Of a DNA stretch of 64,000 nt, positions 25,801 through 41,300 are shown piece by piece (the first letter of the stretch is position 1; the number at the start of each line of letters is the position of its first letter). This stretch comes from Auanema rhodensis (Eukaryota > Animalia > Nematoda). The notes beneath the pieces were generated by a model. That model saw nothing but the letters and a program-made list of their open reading frames with translations, made no database searches and was not told the origin of the DNA. Location of the stretch: positions 22,692,001-22,756,000 of the forward strand of contig OZ059894.1 in NCBI GenBank assembly GCA_964057225.1, in the 5' to 3' direction. The position numbers and the translations under genes are program-made.

Positions 25801-28800
25801 GGTCAATGTTATTCAACGAAAAAATCAATTCTTCAGGGTGAAAATCGAGGATATAAGTGTGAACTTATATCAGTTGATATCTCGGTTCATTTTTAAGCTA
25901 GCGCAAATCTGATAACACAGAACGACGCAGCTTAAAAATCCGCATCGAATGCACTATACTACATTGAGAAACGCTTAATACAAAAATTAGTTATGATCGT
26001 TTGAAAAATGATGCATTAGTGTATGTTGAGTTTCCATGTACACTCAACATTGCTTCCAAAAACATTTTGACAAAAATTTTTTCGAGAAATTTCAAAATAA
26101 TTTAGCAAAAAGTAGATGTTTTTAGATTCCTTTTTTCAAGGCAAAGACGATGGACAATGTTATTCAACGAAAAAATTAATTCTTCAGGGTGAAAATCGAG
26201 GATATAAGTGTGAACTTATATCAGTTGATATCTCGGTGCATTTTTAAGCTAGTTTAATTTAGCATAAAGTAGATGTTTTTAGATTCCATTTTTCAAGGCA
26301 AAGACGATGGACAATGATATTCAACAAAAAAATTAATTCTTCAGGGGGAAAATCGAGGATATAAGTGTGAACTTATATCAGTTGATATCTCGGTGCATTT
26401 TTAAGCTAGCGCAAATCTGATAACACAGATCGACGCAGCTTAAAAATCCGCATCGAATGCAATATACTACATTGAGAAACGCTTAATACAAAAATTAGTT
26501 ATGATCGTTTGAAAAATGATGCATTAGTGTATGTTGAGTTTCCATGTACACTCAACATTGCTTCCAAAAACATTTTGACAAAAATTTTTTCGAAAAACTT
26601 CAAAATAATTTAGCAAAAAGTAGATGTTTTTAGATTCCTTTTTTCAAGGCAAAGACGATGGACAATGTTATTCAACGAAAAAATTAATTCTTCAGGGTGA
26701 AAATCGAGGATATAAGTGTGAACTTATATCAGTTGATATCTCGGTGCATTGTTAAGCTAGCGCAAATCTGATAACACAGATCGACGCAGCTTAAAAATCC
26801 GCATCGAATGCACTATACTACATTGAGGAACGCTTAATACAAAAATTAGTTATGATCGTTTGAAAAATGATGCATTAGTGTATGTTGAGTTTCCATGTAC
26901 ACTCAACATTGCTTCCAAAAACATTTTGACAAAAATTTTTTCGAAAAATTTCAGAATAATTTAGCAAAAAGTAGATGTTTTTAGATTCCTTTTTTCAAGG
27001 CAAAGACGATGGTCAATGTTATTCAACGAAAAAATCAATTCTTCAGGGTGAAAATCGAGGATATAAGTGTGAACTTATATCAGTTGATATCTCGGTTCAT
27101 TTTTAAGCTAGCGCAAATCTGATAACACAGAACGACGCAGCTTAAAAATCCGCATCGAATGCACTATACTACATTGAGAAACGCTTAATACAAAAATTAG
27201 TTATGATCGTTTGAAAAATGATGCATTAGTGTATGTTGAGTTTCCATGTACACTCAACATTGCTTCCAAAAACATTTTGACAAAAATTTTTTCGAGAAAT
27301 TTCGAAATAATTTAGCAAAAAGTAGATGTTTTTAGATTCCTTTTTTCAAGGCAAAGACGATGGACAATGTTATTCAACGAAAAAATTAATTCTTCAGGGT
27401 GAAAATCGAGGATATAAGTGTGAACTTATATCAGTTGATATCTCGGTGCATTTTTAAGCTAGCGCAAATCTGATAACACAGAACGACGCAGCTTAAAAAT
27501 CCGCATCGAATGCACTATACTACATTGAGAAACGCTTAATACAAAAATTAGTTATGATCGTTTGAAAAATGATGCATTAGTGTATGTTGAGTTTCCATGT
27601 ACACTCAACATTGCTTCCAAAAACATTTTGACAAAAATTTTTTCGAGAAATTTCAAAATAATTTAGCAAAAAGTAGATGTTTTTAGATTCCTTTTTTCAA
27701 GGCAAAGACGATGGACAATGTTATTCAACGAAAAAATTAATTCTTCAGGGTGAAAATCGAGGATATAAGTGTGAACTTATATCAGTTGATATCTCGGTGC
27801 ATTTTTAAGCTAGTTTAATTTAGCATAAAGTAGATGTTTTTAGATTCCATTTTTCAAGGCAAAGACGATGGACAATGATATTCAACAAAAAAATTAATTC
27901 TTCAGGGGGAAAATCGAGGATATAAGTGTGAACTTATATCAGTTGATATCTCGGTGCATTTTTAAGCTAGCGCAAATCTGATAACACAGATCGACGCAGC
28001 TTAAAAATCCGCATCGAATGCACTATACTACATTGAGAAACGCTTAATACAAAAATTAGTTATGATCGTTTGAAAAATGATGCATTAGTGTATGTTGAGT
28101 TTCCATGTACACTCAACATTGCTTCCAAAAACATTTTGACAAAAAGTTTTTCGAAAAATTTCAGAATAATTTAGCAAAAAGTAGATGTTTTTAGATTCCT
28201 TTTTTCAAGGCAAAGACGATGGACGATGTTATTCAACGAAAAAATTAATTCTTCAGGGTGAAAATCGAGGATATAAGTGTGAACTTATATCAGTTGATAT
28301 CTCGGTGCATTTTTAAGCTAGTTTAATTTAGCATAAAGTAGATGTTTTTAGATTCCATTTTTCAAGGCAAAGACGATGGACAATGATATTCAACAAAAAA
28401 ATTAATTCTTCAGGGGGAAAATCGAGGATATAAGTGTGAACTTATATCAGTTGATATCTCGGTGCATTTTTAAGCTAGCGCAAATCTGATAACACAGATC
28501 GACGCAGCTTAAAAATCCGCATCGAATGCACTATACTACATTGAGAAACGCTTAATACAAAAATTAGTTATGATCGTTTGAAAAATGATGCATTAGTGTA
28601 TGTTGAGTTTCCATGTACACTCAACATTGCTTCCAAAAACATTTTGACAAAAAGTTTTTCGAAAAATTTCAGAATAATTTAGCAAAAAGTAGATGTTTTC
28701 AGATTCCTTTTTTCAAGGCAAAGACGATGGACAATGTTATTCAACGAAAAAATTAATTCTTCAGGGTGAAAATCGAGGATATAAGTGTGAACTTATATCA
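13849..28800. repeat. Variable-length HOR domain built on a 1561-bp unit (4 monomers + truncated unit), with 508/1210/1912-bp derivatives
   Basis: Junction spacings are 1561, 1912, 508, 1912, 1561, 508, 1912, 1210, 1561, 508. The marker atacaaGaatt occurs at 14549/16110 (1561 apart), and markers at 23034/28225 and 23509/28700 are 5191 apart. Confidence 0.85.
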
Positions 28801-31800
28801 GTTGATATCTCGGTGCATTTTTAAGCTAGCGCAAATCTGATAACACAGATCGACGCAGCTTAAAAATCCGCATCGAATGCACTATACTACATTGAGAAAC
28901 GCTTAATACAAAAATTAGTTATGATCGTTTGAAAAATGATGCATTAGTGTATGTTGAGTTTCCATGTACACTCAACATTGCTTCCAAAAACATTTTGACA
29001 AAAATTTTTTCGAGAAATTTCAAAATAATTTAGCAAAAAGTAGATGTTTTTAGATTCCTTTTTTCAAGGCAAAGACGATGGACAATGTTATTCAACGAAA
29101 AAATTAATTCTTCAGGGTGAAAATCGAGGATATAAGTGTGAACTTATATCAGTTGATATCTCGGTGCATTTTTAAGCTAGCGCAAATCTGATAACACAGA
29201 TCGACGCAGCTTAAAAATCCGCATCGAATGCAATATACTACATTGAGAAACGCTTAATACAAAAATTAGTTATGATCGTTTGAAAAATGATGCATTAGTG
29301 TATGTTGAGTTTCCATGTACACTCAACATTGCTTCCAAAAACATTTTGACAAAAATTTTTTCGAGAAATTTCAAAATAATTTAGCAAAAAGTAGATGTTT
29401 TTAGATTCCTTTTTTCAAGGCAAAGACGATGGACAATGTTATTCAACGAAAAAATTAATTCTTCAGGGTGAAAATCGAGGATATAAGTGTGAACTTATAT
29501 CAGTTGATATCTCGGTGCATTTTTAAGCTAGCGCAAATCTGATAACACAGATCGACGCAGCTTAAAAATCCGCATCGAATGCAATATACTACATTGAGAA
29601 ACGCTTAATACAAAAATTAGTTATGATCGTTTGAAAAATGATGCATTAGTGTATGTTGAGTTTCCATGTACACTCAACATTGCTTCCAAAAACATTTTGA
29701 CAAAAATTTTTTCGAGAAATTTCGAAATAATTTAGCAAAAAGTAGATGTTTTTAGATTCCTTTTTTCAAGGCAAAGACGATGGACAATGTTATTCAACGA
29801 AAAAATTAATTCTTCAGGGTGAAAATCGAGGATATAAGTGTGAACTTATATCAGTTGATATCTCGGTGCATTTTTAAGCTAGCGCAAATCTGATAACAAA
29901 GAACGACGCAGCTTAAAAATCCGCATCGAATGCACTATACTACATTGAGAAACGCTTAATACAAAAATTAGTTATGATCGTTTGAAAAATGATGCATTAG
30001 TGTATGTTGAGTTTCCATGTACACTCAACATTGCTTCCAAAAACATTTTGACAAAAATTTTTTCGAGAAATTTCAAAATAATTTAGCAAAAAGTAGATGT
30101 TTTTAGATTCCTTTTTTCAAGGCAAAGACGATGGACAATGTTATTCAACGAAAAAATTAATTCTTCAGGGTGAAAATCGAGGATATAAGTGTGAACTTAT
30201 ATCAGTTGATATCTCGGTGCATTTTTAAGCTAGTTTAATTTAGCATAAAGTAGATGTTTTTAGATTCCATTTTTCAAGGCAAAGACGATGGACAATGATA
30301 TTCAACAAAAAAATTAATTCTTCAGGGGGAAAATCGAGGATATAAGTGTGAACTTATATCAGTTGATATCTCGGTGCATTTTTAAGCTAGCGCAAATCTG
30401 ATAACACAGATCGACGCAGCTTAAAAATCCGCATCGAATGCACTATACTACATTGAGAAACGCTTAATACAAAAATTAGTTATGATCGTTTGAAAAATGA
30501 TGCATTAGTGTATGTTGAGTTTCCATGTACACTCAACATTGCTTCCAAAAACATTTTGACAAAAAGTTTTTCGAAAAATTTCAGAATAATTTAGCAAAAA
30601 GTAGATGTTTTTAGATTCCTTTTTTCAAGGCAAAGACGATGGACAATGTTATTCAACGAAAAAATTAATTCTTCAGGGTGAAAATCGAGGATATAAGTGT
30701 GAACTTATATCAGTTGATATCTCGGTGCATTTTTAAGCTAGTTTAATTTAGCATAAAGTAGATGTTTTTAGATTCCATTTTTCAAGGCAAAGACGATGGA
30801 CAATGATATTCAACAAAAAAATTAATTCTTCAGGGGGAAAATCGAGGATATAAGTGTGAACTTATATCAGTTGATATCTCGGTGCATTTTTAAGCTAGCG
30901 CAAATCTGATAACACAGATCGACGCAGCTTAAAAATCCGCATCGAATGCACTATACTACATTGAGAAACGCTTAATACAAAAATTAGTTATGATCGTTTG
31001 AAAAATGATGCATTAGTGTATGTTGAGTTTCCATGTACACTCAACATTGCTTCCAAAAACATTTTGACAAAAAGTTTTTCGAAAAATTTCAGAATAATTT
31101 AGCAAAAAGTAGATGTTTTCAGATTCCTTTTTTCAAGGCAAAGACGATGGACAATGTTATTCAACGAAAAAATTAATTCTTCAGGGTGAAAATCGAGGAT
31201 ATAAGTGTGAACTTATATCAGTTGATATCTCGGTGCATTTTTAAGCTAGCGCAAATCTGATAACACAGATCGACGCAGCTTAAAAATCCGCATCGAATGC
31301 ACTATACTACATTGAGAAACGCTTAATACAAAAATTAGTTATGATCGTTTGAAAAATGATGCATTAGTGTATGTTGAGTTTCCATGTACACTCAACATTG
31401 CTTCCAAAAACATTTTGACAAAAATTTTTTCGAAAAATTTCAGAATAATTTAGCAAAAAGTAGATGTTTTTAGATTCCTTTTTTCAAGGCAAAGACGATG
31501 GTCAATGTTATTCAACGAAAAAATTAATTCTTCAGGGTGAAAATCGAGGATATAAGTGTGAACTTATATCAGTTGATATCTCGGTGCATTTTTAAGCTAG
31601 CGCAAATCTGATAACACAGATCGACGCAGCTTAAAAATCCGCATCGAATGCACTATACTACATTGAGAAACGCTCAATACGAAAATTAGTTATGATCGTT
31701 TGAAAAATGATGCATTAGTGTATGTTGAGTTTCCATGTACACTCAACATTGCTTCCAAAAACATTTTGACAAAAATTTTTTCGAGAAATTTCAAAATAAT

Positions 31801-34800
31801 TTAGCAAAAAGTAGATGTTTTTAGATTCCTTTTTTCAAGGCAAAGACGATGGACAATGTTATTCAACGAAAAAATTAATTCTTCAGGGTGAAAATCGAGG
31901 ATATAAGTGTGAACTTATATCAGTTGATATCTCGGTGCATTTTTAAGCTAGCGCAAATCTGATAACACAGAACGACGCAGCTTAAAAATCCGCATCGAAT
32001 GCACTATACTACATTGAGAAACGCTTAATACAAAAATTAGTTATGATCGTTTGAAAAATGATGCATTAGTGTATGTTGAGTTTCCATGTACACTCAACAT
32101 TGCTTCCAAAAACATTTTGACAAAAATTTTTTCGAGAAATTTCAAAATAATTTAGCAAAAAGTAGATGTTTTTAGATTCGTTTTTTTCAAGGCAAAGACG
32201 ATGGACAATGTTATTCAACGAAAAAATTAATTCTTCAGGGTGAAAATCGAGGATATAAGTGTGAACTTATATCAGTTGATATCTCGGTGCATTTTTAAGC
32301 TAGCGCAAATCTGATAACACAGATCGACGCAGCTTAAAAATCCGCATCGAATGCACTATACTACATTGAGAAACGCTTAATACAAAAATTAGTTATGATC
32401 GTTTGAAAAATGATGCATTAGTGTATGTTGAGTTTCCATGTACACTCAACATTGCTTCCAAAAACATTTTGACAAAAATTTTTTCGAAAAATTTCAAAAT
32501 AATTTAGCAAAAAGTAGATGTTTTTAGATTCCATTTTTCAAGGCAAAGACGATGGACAATGTTATTCAACGAAAAAATTAATTCTTCAGGGTGAAAATCG
32601 AGGATATAAGTGTGAACTTATATCAGTTGATATCTCGGTGCATTTTTAAGCTAGCGCAAATCTGATAACACAGATCGACGCAGCTTAAAAATCCGCATCG
32701 AATGCACTATACTACATTGAGAAACGCTTAATACGAAAATTAGTTATGATCGTTTGAAAAATGATGCATTAGTGTATGTTGAGTTTCCATGTACACTCAA
32801 CATTGCTTCCAAAAACATTTTGACAAAAATTTTTTCGAAAAATTTCAAAATAATTTAGCAAAAAGTAGATGTTTTTAGATTCCATTTTTCAAGGCAAAGA
32901 CGATGGACAATGTTATTCAACGAAAAAATTAATTCTTCAGGGTGAAAATCGAGGATATAAGTGTGAACTTATATCAGTTGATATCTCGGTGCATTTTTAA
33001 GCTAGCGCAAATCTGATAACACAGATCGACGCAGCTTAAAAATCCGCATCGAATGCACTATACTACATTGAGAAACGCTTAATACAAAAATTAGTTATGA
33101 TCGTTTGAAAAATGATGCATTAGTGTATGTTGAGTTTCCATGTACACTCAACATTGCTTCCAAAAACATTTTGACAAAAATTTTTTCGAGAAATTTCAAA
33201 ATAATTTAGCAAAAAGTAGATGTTTTTAGATTCCTTTTTTCAAGGCAAAGACGATGGACAATGTTATTCAACGAAAAAATTAATTCTTCAGGGTGAAAAT
33301 CGAGGATATAAGTGTGAACTTATATCAGTTGATATCTCGGTGCATTTTTAAGCTAGCGCAAATCTGATAACACAGATCGACGCAGCTTAAAAATCCGCAT
33401 CGAATGCAATATACTACATTGAGAAACGCTTAATACAAAAATTAGTTATGATCGTTTGAAAAATGATGCATTAGTGTATGTTGAGTTTCCATGTACACTC
33501 AACATTGCTTCCAAAAACATTTTGACAAAAATTTTTTCGAAAAACTTCAAAATAATTTAGCAAAAAGTAGATGTTTTTAGATTCCTTTTTTCAAGGCAAA
33601 GACGATGGACAATGTTATTCAACGAAAAAATTAATTCTTCAGGGTGAAAATCGAGGATATAAGTGTGAACTTATATCAGTTGATATCTCGGTGCATTGTT
33701 AAGCTAGCGCAAATCTGATAACACAGATCGACGCAGCTTAAAAATCCGCATCGAATGCACTATACTACATTGAGAAACGCTTAATACAAAAATTAGTTAT
33801 GATCGTTTGAAAAATGATGCATTAGTGTATGTTGAGTTTCCATGTACACTCAACATTGCTTCCAAAAACATTTTGACAAAAATTTTTTCGAAAAATTTCA
33901 GAATAATTTAGCAAAAAGTAGATGTTTTTAGATTCCTTTTTTCAAGGCAAAGACGATGGACAATGTTATTCAACGAAAAAATTAATTCTTCAGGGTGAAA
34001 ATCGAGGATATAAGTGTGAACTTATATCAGTTGATATCTCGGTGCATTGTTAAGCTAGCGCAAATCTGATAACACAGATCGACGCAGCTTAAAAATCCGC
34101 ATCGAATGCACTATACTACATTGAGAAACGCTTAATACAAAAATTAGTTATGATCGTTTGAAAAATGATGCATTAGTGTATGTTGAGTTTCCATGTACAC
34201 TCAACATTGCTTCCAAAAACATTTTGACAAAAATTTTTTCGAAAAATTTCAGAATAATTTAGCAAAAAGTAGATGTTTTTAGATTCCTTTTTTCAAGGCA
34301 AAGACGATGGTCAATGTTATTCAACGAAAAAATCAATTCTTCAGGGTGAAAATCGAGGATATAAGTGTGAACTTATATCAGTTGATATCTCGGTGCATTT
34401 TTAAGCTAGCGCAAATCTGATAACACAGAACGACGCAGCTTAAAAATCCGCATCGAATGCACTATACTACATTGAGAAACGCTTAATACAAAAATTAGTT
34501 ATGATCGTTTGAAAAATGATGCATTAGTGTATGTTGAGTTTCCATGTACACTCAACATTGCTTCCAAAAACATTTTGACAAAAATTTTTTCGAGAAATTT
34601 CAAAATAATTTAGCAAAAAGTAGATGTTTTTAGATTCCTTTTTTCAAGGCAAAGACGATGGACAATGTTATTCAACGAAAAAATTAATTCTTCAGGGTGA
34701 AAATCGAGGATATAAGTGTGAACTTATATCAGTTGATATCTCGGTGCATTTTTAAGCTAGCGCAAATCTGATAACACAGAACGACGCAGCTTAAAAATCC

Positions 34801-37800
34801 GCATCGAATGCACTATACTACATTGAGAAACGCTTAATACAAAAATTAGTTATGATCGTTTGAAAAATGATGCATTAGTGTATGTTGAGTTTCCATGTAC
34901 ACTCAACATTGCTTCCAAAAACATTTTGACAAAAATTTTTTCGAGAAATTTCAAAATAATTTAGCAAAAAGTAGATGTTTTTAGATTCCTTTTTTCAAGG
35001 CAAAGACGATGGACAATGTTATTCAACGAAAAAATTAATTCTTCAGGGTGAAAATCGAGGATATAAGTGTGAACTTATATCAGTTGATATCTCGGTGCAT
35101 TTTTAAGCTAGTTTAATTTAGCATAAAGTAGATGTTTTTAGATTCCATTTTTCAAGGCAAAGACGATGGACAATGTTATTCAACGAAAAAATTAATTCTT
35201 CAGGGTGAAAATCGAGGATATAAGTGTGAACTTATATCAGTTGATATCTCGGTGCATTGTTAAGCTAGCGCAAATCTGATAACACAGATCGACGCAGCTT
35301 AAAAATCCGCATCGAATGCACTATACTACATTGAGAAACGCTTAATACAAAAATTAGTTATGATCGTTTGAAAAATGATGCATTAGTGTATGTTGAGTTT
35401 CCATGTACACTCAACATTGCTTCCAAAAACATTTTGACAAAAATTTTTTCGAAAAATTTCAGAATAATTTAGCAAAAAGTAGATGTTTTTAGATTCCTTT
35501 TTTCAAGGCAAAGACGATGGACAATGTTATTCAACGAAAAAATTAATTCTTCAGGGTGAAAATCGAGGATATAAGTGTGAACTTATATCAGTTGATATCT
35601 CGGTGCATTGTTAAGCTAGCGCAAATCTGATAACACAGATCGACGCAGCTTAAAAATCCGCATCGAATGCACTATACTACATTGAGAAACGCTTAATACA
35701 AAAATTAGTTATGATCGTTTGAAAAATGATGCATTAGTGTATGTTGAGTTTCCATGTACACTCAACATTGCTTCCAAAAACATTTTGACAAAAATTTTTT
35801 CGAAAAATTTCAGAATAATTTAGCAAAAAGTAGATGTTTTTAGATTCCTTTTTTCAAGGCAAAGACGATGGTCAATGTTATTCAACGAAAAAATCAATTC
35901 TTCAGGGTGAAAATCGAGGATATAAGTGTGAACTTATATCAGTTGATATCTCGGTGCATTTTTAAGCTAGCGCAAATCTGATAACACAGAACGACGCAGC
36001 TTAAAAATCCGCATCGAATGCACTATACTACATTGAGAAACGCTTAATACAAAAATTAGTTATGATCGTTTGAAAAATGATGCATTAGTGTATGTTGAGT
36101 TTCCATGTACACTCAACATTGCTTCCAAAAACATTTTGACAAAAATTTTTTCGAGAAATTTCAAAATAATTTAGCAAAAAGTAGATGTTTTTAGATTCCT
36201 TTTTTCAAGGCAAAGACGATGGACAATGTTATTCAACGAAAAAATTAATTCTTCAGGGTGAAAATCGAGGATATAAGTGTGAACTTATATCAGTTGATAT
36301 CTCGGTGCATTTTTAAGCTAGCGCAAATCTGATAACACAGAACGACGCAGCTTAAAAATCCGCATCGAATGCACTATACTACATTGAGAAACGCTTAATA
36401 CAAAAATTAGTTATGATCGTTTGAAAAATGATGCATTAGTGTATGTTGAGTTTCCATGTACACTCAACATTGCTTCCAAAAACATTTTGACAAAAATTTT
36501 TTCGAGAAATTTCAAAATAATTTAGCAAAAAGTAGATGTTTTTAGATTCCTTTTTTCAAGGCAAAGACGATGGACAATGTTATTCAACGAAAAAATTAAT
36601 TCTTCAGGGTGAAAATCGAGGATATAAGTGTGAACTTATATCAGTTGATATCTCGGTGCATTTTTAAGCTAGTTTAATTTAGCATAAAGTAGATGTTTTT
36701 AGATTCCATTTTTCAAGGCAAAGACGATGGACAATGATATTCAACAAAAAAATTAATTCTTCAGGGGGAAAATCGAGGATATAAGTGTGAACTTATATCA
36801 GTTGATATCTCGGTGCATTTTTAAGCTAGCGCAAATCTGATAACACAGATCGACGCAGCTTAAAAATCCGCATCGAATGCACTATACTACATTGAGAAAC
36901 GCTTAATACAAAAATTAGTTATGATCGTTTGAAAAATGATGCATTAGTGTATGTTGAGTTTCCATGTACACTCAACATTGCTTCCAAAAACATTTTGACA
37001 AAAAGTTTTTCGAAAAATTTCAGAATAATTTAGCAAAAAGTAGATGTTTTTAGATTCCTTTTTTCAAGGCAAAGACGATGGACAATGTTATTCAACGAAA
37101 AAATTAATTCTTCAGGGTGAAAATCGAGGATATAAGTGTGAACTTATATCAGTTGATATCTCGGTGCATTTTTAAGCTAGCGCAAATCTGATAACACAGA
37201 ACGACGCAGCTTAAAAATCCGCATCGAATGCACTATACTACATTGAGAAACGCTTAATACAAAAATTAGTTATGATCGTTTGAAAAATGATGCATTAGTG
37301 TATGTTGAGTTTCCATGTACACTCAACATTGCTTCCAAAAACATTTTGACAAAAATTTTTTCGAGAAATTTCAAAATAATTTAGCAAAAAGTAGATGTTT
37401 TTAGATTCGTTTTTTTCAAGGCAAAGACGATGGACAATGTTATTCAACGAAAAAATTAATTCTTCAGGGTGAAAATCGAGGATATAAGTGTGAACTTATA
37501 TCAGTTGATATCTCGGTGCATTTTTAAGCTAGCGCAAATCTGATAACACAGATCGACGCAGCTTAAAAATCCGCATCGAATGCACTATACTACATTGAGA
37601 AACGCTTAATACAAAAATTAGTTATGATCGTTTGAAAAATGATGCATTAGTGTATGTTGAGTTTCCATGTACACTCAACATTGCTTCCAAAAACATTTTG
37701 ACAAAAATTTTTTCGAAAAATTTCAAAATAATTTAGCAAAAAGTAGATGTTTTTAGATTCCATTTTTCAAGGCAAAGACGATGGACAATGTTATTCAACG

Positions 37801-38318
37801 AAAAAATTAATTCTTCAGGGTGAAAATCGAGGATATAAGTGTGAACTTATATCAGTTGATATCTCGGTGCATTTTTAAGCTAGCGCAAATCTGATAACAC
37901 AGATCGACGCAGCTTAAAAATCCGCATCGAATGCACTATACTACATTGAGAAACGCTTAATACAAAAATTAGTTATGATCGTTTGAAAAATGATGCATTA
38001 GTGTATGTTGAGTTTCCATGTACACTCAACATTGCTTCCAAAAACATTTTGACAAAAATTTTTTCGAGAAATTTCAAAATAATTTAGCAAAAAGTAGATG
38101 TTTTTAGATTCCTTTTTTCAAGGCAAAGACGATGGACAATGTTATTCAACGAAAAAATCAATTCTTCAGGGTGAAAATCGAGGATATAAGTGTGAACTTA
38201 TATCAGTTGATATCTCGGTGCATTTTTAAGCTAGCGCAAATCTGATAACACAGATCGACGCAGCTTAAAAATCCGCATCGAATGCACTATACTACATTGA
38301 GAAACGCTTAATACAAAA

Positions 38319-41300
38319 ATTAGTTATGATCGTTTGAAAAATGATGCATTAGTGTATGTTGAGTTTCCATGTACACTCAACATTGCTTCCAAAAACATTT
38401 TGACAAAAATTTTTTCGAAAAATTTCAAAATAATTTAGCAAAAAGTAGATGTTTTTAGATTCCATTTTTCAAGGCAAAGACGATGGACAATGTTATTCAA
38501 CGAAAAAATTAATTCTTCAGGGTGAAAATCGAGGATATAAGTGTGAACTTATATCAGTTGATATCTCGGTGCATTTTTAAGCTAGCGCAAATCTGATAAC
38601 ACAGATCGACGCAGCTTAAAAATCCGCATCGAATGCACTATACTACATTGAGAAACACTTAATACAAAAATTAGTTATGATCGTTTGAAAAATGATGCAT
38701 TAGTGTATGTTGAGTTTCCATGTACACTCAACATTGCTTCCAAAAACATTTTGACAAAAATTTTTTCGAGAAATTTCAAAATAATTTAGCAAAAAGTAGA
38801 TGTTTTTAGATTCCTTTTTTCAAGGCAAAGACGATGGACAATGTTATTCAACGAAAAAATTAATTCTTCAGGGTGAAAATCGAGGATATAAGTGTGAACT
38901 TATATCAGTTGATATCTCGGTGCATTTTTAAGCTAGCGCAAATCTGATAACACAGATCGACGCAGCTTAAAAATCCGCATCGAATGCAATATACTACATT
39001 GAGAAACGCTTAATACAAAAATTAGTTATGATCGTTTGAAAAATGATGCATTAGTGTATGTTGAGTTTCCATGTACACTCAACATTGCTTCCAAAAACAT
39101 TTTGACAAAAATTTTTTCGAGAAATTTCAAAATAATTTAGCAAAAAGTAGATGTTTTTAGATTCCTTTTTTCAAGGCAAAGACGATGGACAATGTTATTC
39201 AACGAAAAAATTAATTCTTCAGGGTGAAAATCGAGGATATAAGTGTGAACTTATATCAGTTGATATCTCGGTGCATTTTTAAGCTAGCGCAAATCTGATA
39301 ACACAGATCGACGCAGCTTAAAAATCCGCATCGAATGCAATATACTACATTGAGAAACGCTTAATACAAAAATTAGTTATGATCGTTTGAAAAATGATGC
39401 ATTAGTGTATGTTGAGTTTCCATGTACACTCAACATTGCTTCCAAAAACATTTTGACAAAAATTTTTTCGAAAAACTTCAAAATAATTTAGCAAAAAGTA
39501 GATGTTTTTAGATTCCTTTTTTCAAGGCAAAGACGATGGACAATGTTATTCAACGAAAAAATTAATTCTTCAGGGTGAAAATCGAGGATATAAGTGTGAA
39601 CTTATATCAGTTGATATCTCGGTGCATTGTTAAGCTAGCGCAAATCTGATAACACAGATCGACGCAGCTTAAAAATCCGCATCGAATGCACTATACTACA
39701 TTGAGAAACGCTTAATACAAAAATTAGTTATGATCGTTTGAAAAATGATGCATTAGTGTATGTTGAGTTTCCATGTACACTCAACATTGCTTCCAAAAAC
39801 ATTTTGACAAAAATTTTTTCGAAAAATTTCAGAATAATTTAGCAAAAAGTAGATGTTTTTAGATTCCTTTTTTCAAGGCAAAGACGATGGTCAATGTTAT
39901 TCAACGAAAAAATCAATTCTTCAGGGTGAAAATCGAGGATATAAGTGTGAACTTATATCAGTTGATATCTCGGTGCATTTTTAAGCTAGCGCAAATCTGA
40001 TAACACAGAACGACGCAGCTTAAAAATCCGCATCGAATGCACTATACTACATTGAGAAACGCTTAATACAAAAATTAGTTATGATCGTTTGAAAAATGAT
40101 GCATTAGTGTATGTTGAGTTTCCATGTACACTCAACATTGCTTCCAAAAACATTTTGACAAAAATTTTTTCGAAAAATTTCAAAATAATTTAGCAAAAAG
40201 TAGATGTTTTTAGATTCCATTTTTCAAGGCAAAGACGATGGTCAATGTTATTCAACGAAAAAATCAATTCTTCAGGGTGAAAATCGAGGATATAAGTGTG
40301 AACTTATATCAGTTGATATCTCGGTGCATTTTTAAGCTGGCGCAAATCTGATAACACAGATCGACGCAGCTTAAAAATCCGCATCGAATGCACTATACTA
40401 CATTGAGAAACGCTTAATACAAAAATTAGTTATGATCGTTTGAAAAATGATGCATTAGTGTATGTTGAGTTTCCATGTACACTCAACATTGCTTCCAAAA
40501 ACATTTTGACAAAAATTTTTTCGAAAAATTTCAAAATAATTTAGCAAAAAGTAGATGTTTTTAGATTCCATTTTTCAAGGCAAAGACGATGGACAATGTT
40601 ATTCAACGAAAAAATTAATTCTTCAGGGTGAAAATCGAGGATATAAGTGTGAACTTATATCAGTTGATATCTCGGTGCATTTTTAAGCTAGCGCAAATCT
40701 GATAACACAGATCGACGCAGCTTAAAAATCCGCATCGAATGCACTATACTACATTGAGAAACGCTTAATACAAAAATTAGTTATGATCGTTTGAAAAATG
40801 ATGCATTAGTGTATGTTGAGTTTCCATGTACACTCAACATTGCTTCCAAAAACATTTTGACAAAAATTTTTTCGAGAAATTTCAAAATAATTTAGCAAAA
40901 AGTAGATGTTTTTAGATTCCTTTTTTCAAGGCAAAGACGATGGACAATGTTATTCAACGAAAAAATTAATTCTTCAGGGTGAAAATCGAGGATATAAGTG
41001 TGAACTTATATCAGTTGATATCTCGGTGCATTTTTAAGCTAGCGCAAATCTGATAACACAGATCGACGCAGCTTAAAAATCCGCATCGAATGCAATATAC
41101 TACATTGAGAAACGCTTAATACAAAAATTAGTTATGATCGTTTGAAAAATGATGCATTAGTGTATGTTGAGTTTCCATGTACACTCAACATTGCTTCCAA
41201 AAACATTTTGACAAAAATTTTTTCGAGAAATTTCAAAATAATTTAGCAAAAAGTAGATGTTTTTAGATTCCTTTTTTCAAGGCAAAGACGATGGACAATG

